Assembly (NCBI GenBank): GCA_964016885.1
Contig: OZ024743.1
Location: 322,028,001 to 322,092,000 of the forward strand
Direction: 5' to 3'
DNA: 64,000 nucleotides
Source of the DNA: Eledone cirrhosa
Lineage: Eukaryota
The first letter of the stretch is position 1. Every line of letters begins with the position of its first letter. The notes beneath the pieces were generated by a model that saw only the letters and a program-made list of their open reading frames with translations, searched no databases and was not told the DNA's origin. Shown here piece after piece: positions 57,502-64,000 of this stretch. The position numbers were made by a program, and so were the translations under genes.

Positions 57502-58744
57502 TATATATAATCAAGTTTTATTGTCTAGTTATTTTATATTCTGTTTAGTGAATTATCTATTTATTTGTTTATTTTGTACATGCCAGGGGTCGATTAAGAA
57601 TCAAGGATTCCATGAAGAGATCAATGGTCTAATATATTTCGGAATCCTTGATTTAATCCGCTGTCGACTTGTTCCAACTATACTCTTCAATGTAAATAAA
57701 AGTGGAGTGGGATAATCTAATTACTTTTTTTTCAACTAGAAGTAGCCATAGGCTTTATGTAGACCCATTATCAATTTAGTATAAATGAATGCGAAACCCA
57801 AATAAGACATGGAAATATAAAGGTCTGAGTTAGTAGGAGCGTGGTCGACGACATGAACGTGGAATGAATAGTTGAGATGATATAAAGGGTGTTTTTAGTG
57901 TCTCTTTTTTAGTTCTGTTCGCTGTGAAGTTTATTCGATATACAAAATCTTACAATGCCATGAAAAACCATTGGCATTATATAACAATTATTGAGCAGTA
58001 TAATAAAAACAAAACACTCTATTAGAGGGAACTAAAAGGGAAGGAAAATAAGGAAATGAAAAGAAGAAAAAGTAAAAAGGGATCAAACAACGAGAGAAAG
58101 GAAGAGGGGTGGACAGCAACTACACCCAGTCTGGGTGGTGCCTCATCCACACCTCATAAACAAAATGACAAAGGCATTATCGCGGATAATGGCCAGAGAA
58201 ACCCGCTGCAACAGCCACCCCACCTCACTGGGCACCCTCCTCAAGCGGGTTGCCATCTTTCTGATGACGCAGCATGGCTAAATAGATAAAGTGTCTGATT
58301 TGCAATAATAAGTTTTGGGGTTCGATTCTACTGCGTGGCATCAGTAAATGTCATTTAATATAATCCCAGGTCGACCCTAGCTTTGTGAATAAAATAGGTT
58401 AGACGGAAAGTGTGTGGAGGTCCGTGGGATGGACTGTACCCGTATGAATTCAAAGGCCTGCTTTCTCTCACACTGTGTCATGCTGAATCTCCCTGAGAAT
58501 AACGTGAAATGCTCAGCTAATTGCGTATTAATTTCACGAACAAACTGTTCCGCTGATCGAACAACTGATCCATTCATCGTCAAAATACAATTTGTTGGTA
58601 TGTGTAATGTATGTAAATTGGGTTCACAGCATAATGGAGGCTGGGGGACTATATACTAGCATCTCTTTGTTTTGTTCGTATAGTGAGATATGAGGCGAAT
58701 TGGCTGAGGTTTTAGGGAGATTTTACTATTATTTCTTATATGTC

Positions 58745-58925
58745 GGTGAATTGGCAGTATCGGTAGAGGGTCGGACGCCATCCTTTCTAGCATAGTTACG
58801 TCCCTTTACGGTCTGAGTTCAAATCCCGTCGAGGTTAACTTTGCCTTTCATCCTTATGGGGTCGATAAAATAAAGTACCAGTAATGTACTGGATAATTGC
58901 TGGCCTTGTGTCAAAAGTAGAAACA
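58745..58925 (+). mobile_element. SINE S1 with 17-bp TSD
   Basis: TSD attatttcttatatgtc at 58728 and 58926. Confidence 0.9.
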
Positions 58926-59613
58926 ATTATTTCTTATATGTCAAGCAATGACTTTGAGGCTCCGACATTGGTTCGTGATAGTGATTTTAAAGGAGGGTGT
59001 TGTGGCATTCATGATGTTTATAAAATGGGTTAATATGTAAATAAGGAGATTGGCGTGGTGAATAAAAGAGATAAACGGGAGAAGGAAGAAAATAAGCCAG
59101 ATAGAGGGGTGAGAGGTTAGGAGGGGATAGCAAATATGATGAGATTTGAGGTGGGGATTGTGGTGGTAGCGGTGGTGGTGAGGGAGGCCAAAAGAAGTAG
59201 ACGTGTTTTGATGGCTTAATGATTGTGTGTATGGAGAAAGAAGAGGAGGTGTGAATGGATGGTGTAGGTTGTGTTGTTCGTCATGGTGATGGTTGTGGTG
59301 CTGGTGGTAGAATTAGGTTGACATCGGTTAGAAAAGGGGGTGGGGAGTTGGAACAAAAACAGATTTGATGGTTTTGACATAACAGCAAGTGGTGTGTGGG
59401 GGAGACACGTGAGAATAAAAGAGAAAGACAAAGAGAGAGAGAGGGTGAGAGATTGGAGAGAATGAGAGAGGGTGAAGAAGAAATGGTGGTAGGTGGTTAA
59501 GAGAACATCAAAGGCTTGTATGTGTGTATTATAATGTCATTATGTGTATTACGAGGTTTTGATGAGTGTTTTGTTTGTGTGTATGTATCTATTTGCATAA
59601 ATATGCTGCTTAC

Positions 59614-59691
59614 ACTTGTCTCTGTCCTCCCTCCAGTTAAGGGCCCAGCCCCTATCTTTAAGATTCTTCTCATCAAGGCACTCAACCTCAT
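59614..59691 (-). other. Candidate 78-bp exon ((D)EVECLDEKNLKDRGWALNWREDRDK)
   Basis: AG acceptor (weak pyrimidine tract), gtaagc donor, open phase-1/phase-1 frame, and a composition shift from the flanks. Confidence 0.35.
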
Positions 59692-60606
59692 CTAATTTGG
59701 TATACTTTAATGTTTGAAGAATATTGAGTATATTTTTATTTATTTATCTATTTATTAATTTATTATCTAATATTTTATTTAATTATGTTTTTGTGCAATA
59801 TATTTCTGGTGAACCATAGCATCGATTCGTAGTTGTTACATGTTAGCATTTATATTTAGATATATGTATGGATGGTTGGATGGACAGAGGGTGAACTCCC
59901 GAGGGAGTCATAGGCACACTGTAGTAACATACAGCATATCTTAAGCTCTTTGAACCTGGCTGAGACCATCCTTTCTCCAGGTTTGAACACAACCGATTTC
60001 TTCTAGAAAGAAAGAGAACGAATGATAGAGAGGAAGCGAAGAAAAGATGTAGAGGAAGAATTAACTCTAGTACTTGACTGGTACTTTTTTCTCATCCTCG
60101 AAAGGATGAAAGGCAAAGTTGACCTCGGTGGGTTTTGAACTACGGGCGCAGAGATCCGGAACGAACACTACAAAGCATTCTATCTGATATTCTGATGACT
60201 CTACCAATTCACTGTCTTAGATCTAGATAACATTTTTAAAAAGATCTCTGCTGTTTGTTCATACCCCGTCAATCTTGCGCTGGTTTCTCTAGCTGTTTAT
60301 TAAATCGAGCCATTCTTAAAATCAGTTCCACGGATTATTTTTATCGTGCTTGTTTGCTCAGTTTTACTATGAACTGTAATAAGAAATAATGGAGAGCCTT
60401 CACGTCTTTTGAAATGTTGGGTGTAACAAAGTATCGTATGCAGAACATGCACTGAATAAGTACATTAAAGTATTTTTGTTTAAAACACTGACTATTCGGT
60501 GGCTTTTTATCAATGTGTATATTTATAACCTTTTTCCAGTTCTCTCTCTCTCTCTTTGTCACTCCCTCTCTCTATATATCTCTCTTTCTCTATACCTCTC
60601 TCACTG

Positions 60607-60687
<81 letters not shown>

Positions 60688-60762
60688 CGTAATATTCAGC
60701 AAAGGGTGAACGAGATGTACATCTGTTAAGGAGCTATACATTAACACATTTGTTAGGGTTAC

Positions 60763-60884
60763 CTGCTGGTTTCACGCGGAAATCATGCCTTATCTGGTGT
60801 TAACATACACTATGGCCGAAACCCCATGTGTTTTCAATATAGTTGTTTGATAGTGTACTAAAGATCACGAAAAATTTAAAGTAT
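60763..60884 (-). other. Candidate exon with strong splice sites
   Basis: Acceptor ctctgtcttttctttcttctctaacag and donor cag|gtaacc. The best frame has one TAA. Confidence 0.4.
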
Positions 60885-61777
60885 CTGTTAGAGAAGAAAG
60901 AAAAGACAGAGTGAACAAAAGCAAACAACTCTTCCATAAATCAAAACGTCAGTTTGTCGCCGTGTCATGCTGAAGTTTCTTAAGAATTACATTAAGAGTA
61001 CACGTGTCTGTGGAATACTCAGCCATATCCACGTTAATTTCATAAACAGGCTGTTCCATTGGTCAAACAATTGGTAAACGCATAATCAAAACCGACAGAA
61101 ATCCATTTACCTATACATTTAGTGTTTGGCGGGTGAACATCGATTCCACAGGCAAAGTATAATCTGGGGGTTAAAGTCACATCAGCGGCCCAACTAAAAT
61201 CGCATCACTCTCTCTCTATATATAAAGTATGGCATATATATAATGTTTGAGAAAGGAGGAGGGGGCTGTCCCTGGGGTAGAGATGTCATGGCTGTAAGAA
61301 AGAAGATCAATTAATACGAGGATGAAACAAAGGACAAAGATAACATCACAGACTTGTGTAGTGTGACTCTGGCAACCACGGTAGAACCCTTTCAACCACC
61401 GTCAGATGAACATAGGACCGGTTCCAATGGAAAAGAAGGATACATTAAATCACTAACACCAATGATGTGTGATTTAATAGATATTAAGAAGAATCTTTGT
61501 ATAATCAAGGCTGTGGGACTTTGGGTAAATTTCAACAACAAATGCTTTGTTCATATTCCTTCTGCAGACAGAAATGATGGATGGGCTAGACCTTTCTTTT
61601 GAAGGTGTTTTGAAGCAATATAACTGCTCTTCTACTCACAGAGAGATATGGCACTTATATAGTTATTTTTAACTACTAAATAGATGTAATAGCTTCAATA
61701 AATTAGTTAGACGGATCGTTCCTTAATAAAGCATTGCTGGCCATTAATTCATCGATTTAATTTAATGCCATATAGAT

Positions 61778-61889
61778 TTTTAATGATATAATTTAATGCT
61801 ATTTAGAGTTTTTTAAATGATATAATTTAATGCCATTTATAGTTTTTTTAATGATATAATTTAATGCCAGAGTTTTTTTAATGATATAA
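61778..61889 (+). repeat. ~30-bp tandem repeat, ~4 copies
   Basis: Unit aatttaatgccat.tag..tttttaatgatat. Confidence 0.8.
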
Positions 61890-62463
61890 GTGTTTATTTT
61901 AAACTGTTTATAGTAGGAATTAATCTAAAATACACCCACCTTAATTTTATGTAAGAACCTCTGTTAAATTAAGTTCCAAACACCCCTGATTGTATGATTT
62001 AAAGTGTTTATATTTATCTAAATTAAAATTTATGCAAAAACCCCTGTTAAGTTGCGAGCGACTTTCTCATTGTTTTAAACGATTCTTTATAATTCCTTCG
62101 GATGTATTTTCTTCTGAAAAACACCCAACATCGCTACCCCAATGATGCAAATCCGGATGGTGTTGGTGAACGTTTTCTTGTATGTATGAGCCCATATGCA
62201 GACCGCCTCGTGGTCCCTGGGGACAGAATGGGGGAAACATTGCTACTGAGGAGGGCGAGAGAGATGCATTGGAATAGCATATCGGTTGATTTAATTCTTT
62301 GATTTCATTGCTATTCATCAGGATTGCAACCACCACCACCACCACATCATTCAAAAATGGTGATGATAGTAGCGGAACATTATTTCATTGGATAATACAC
62401 ATTGTCTCTCTTGCTTTCTGTTTCAGTATTATTTCAGTGTAAAAAATATAATTTATCAATATA

Positions 62464-62510
<47 letters not shown>

Positions 62511-62513
<3 letters not shown>

Positions 62514-62872
62514 GATATTAACAAATGGAAACTATATTTATAAAACCATATTTATTTCATTATACATATTTCAAGGACACCAAGTTAAATTATGGTGTGC
62601 TACTATCCGGGAGCTTCCAACAGTAATGGTTGCATTTTTTAAGGGTATGTCAATATTTATTTATAAAACTGATCTATATTATATTTTATCTGATGAAAGC
62701 ACACCATAATTTAACTTGGTGTCCTTGAAATATGTATAATGAAATAAATATGGTTTTATAAATATAGTTTCCATTGTTAATATCGTATTTTTACTCCAAA
62801 TATTTGTTGAGTGTTTTATATCAGTTATAAAAATATTTGCTTGTTGTATCCCAACAATTTAAATAGAACTTT

Positions 62873-62875
<3 letters not shown>
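62511..62875 (+). repeat. Inverted repeat (62511-62601 / ~62698-62786) with tail; PLE footprint
   Basis: Arms are reverse-complementary, the right arm overlaps the hammerhead, and a ~90-bp tail precedes (TA)n. Confidence 0.88.
62682..62746 (+). ncRNA. Hammerhead ribozyme
   Basis: tattttat-CTGATGA-aagcacacca...tggtgtcctt-GAAA-TATGTA-TA-atgaaata. Confidence 0.8.
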
Positions 62876-62915
<40 letters not shown>

Positions 62916-63294
62916 CCCTATTAGCCCCATTTACATACCAGCTATGTGAGAGCGAGAAACTGAATTCTAATTTTGTTTTTAATTTCGGCAAAGCCAGCCG
63001 TAAAATGGCCCCGTATGCAAATGAGGCTAATCAGCAGATGTATACTTTAAGAATTATTATATATTTTCAACAGTTCAAGCGGGTGGCAAAAAGAGATACA
63101 CAGACTTGACAAAGGCCAATAACCCAGAAACAACGTTGTTGACTGTTTCTCGACGTCACTGATAGAGCAAACGGATTTCGGTGGTCATCTAAAAACAGTA
63201 TAATGAGGCTTTTTACTTGTAAACGAATCGAATATTATTATTATTCGATATAAAACTCAAAAATACATATATATATATATTTTTTTTTTATTAC

Positions 63295-63535
63295 ATAATA
63301 AACAACACAATATAATTAGTCCATTACCAAAGGTTTCAGAAATCTAGACAATCCTCACAGAAATGTCTAGCTCGTTAATCAGAAGAACAAGCTAGACGTT
63401 TCTGTGAGGATTGTCTAGATTTCTGAAACGTTTGGTCTAGGACTAATTATATTGTGTTGTTTATTATTTAATTAAATGCATCTGTACTATATATAGAGCA
63501 TTCTTCTTTCTTTTACCTTTACTACGAACTACTTA
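63295..63535 (+). repeat. Inverted repeat with ~75-bp arms plus tail
   Basis: aataaacaacacaatataattagtcc...tctagct / agctagac...ggactaattatattgtgttgtttatt. Confidence 0.88.
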
Positions 63536-63548
63536 ACACACACACACG

Positions 63549-63627
<79 letters not shown>

Positions 63628-64000
63628 GTATATATACATACATATATATACATACATACATATATATACATACATACATACATACATACATACATACATG
63701 GTGGCTGCCAACTCGTTTTCGAGTACGGCCACTACTTTATATCCATGTAGGAGAACCCCTACCGAAGCGCTGAACGAGTGTGACTTTTTAGTCCAGCCAG
63801 CGACTTGAAAACTCTGGTACAAACACTACACTTGTGACAATTATTGACACATAGTGCTGGGCCCATGGTACCATGTGAGGACAAGTGCAGAGAGATCTCC
63901 AGATATAAAGCAATGCCTGTGCCGTGAAGCTTTTATAGTGAGCAAAGGCACTGCACAAAGCCAGTCCCACTCTCTTAACCAAGATGATATTTACCAAAAA

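Noticed and set aside
61354-61602. 82-aa ORF
   Set aside because: Non-ATG start, no recognisable domain and no consistent splice context.

Overview
AT-rich, microsatellite-saturated animal genomic DNA. The repeat landscape resembles coleoid cephalopods such as octopus (an inference from the SINE types and the (TA)n/(CA)n/(TACA)n density). No identifiable host gene is present, and almost all ORFs in the track are microsatellite artefacts. The dominant signal is a large population of Penelope-like retroelement (PLE) insertions in (TA)n tracts. One is a 5'-truncated element with an uninterrupted RT + GIY-YIG ORF (Naiad-like, 10.4-13.4 kb), and there are several GIY-YIG 3' fragments. About 17 minimal type-I hammerhead ribozyme motifs come from many unrelated sequence families. 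More than 12 footprints share the layout (TA)n-[inverted arm][arm]-tail-(TA)n, and their fold-back points often fall inside the hammerhead itself. Also present: many tRNA-derived SINEs (several with TSDs), hAT and Tc1/mariner-type MITEs, RTE and RLE-type LINE fragments, a recurrent fixed-ended ~330-bp element next to microsatellites, a 6-kb 20-bp G/T-skewed satellite with a 1582-bp higher-order period, a 40-bp minisatellite, and a few low-confidence exon-like segments. All calls were made by eye and coordinates may be off by a few bases.
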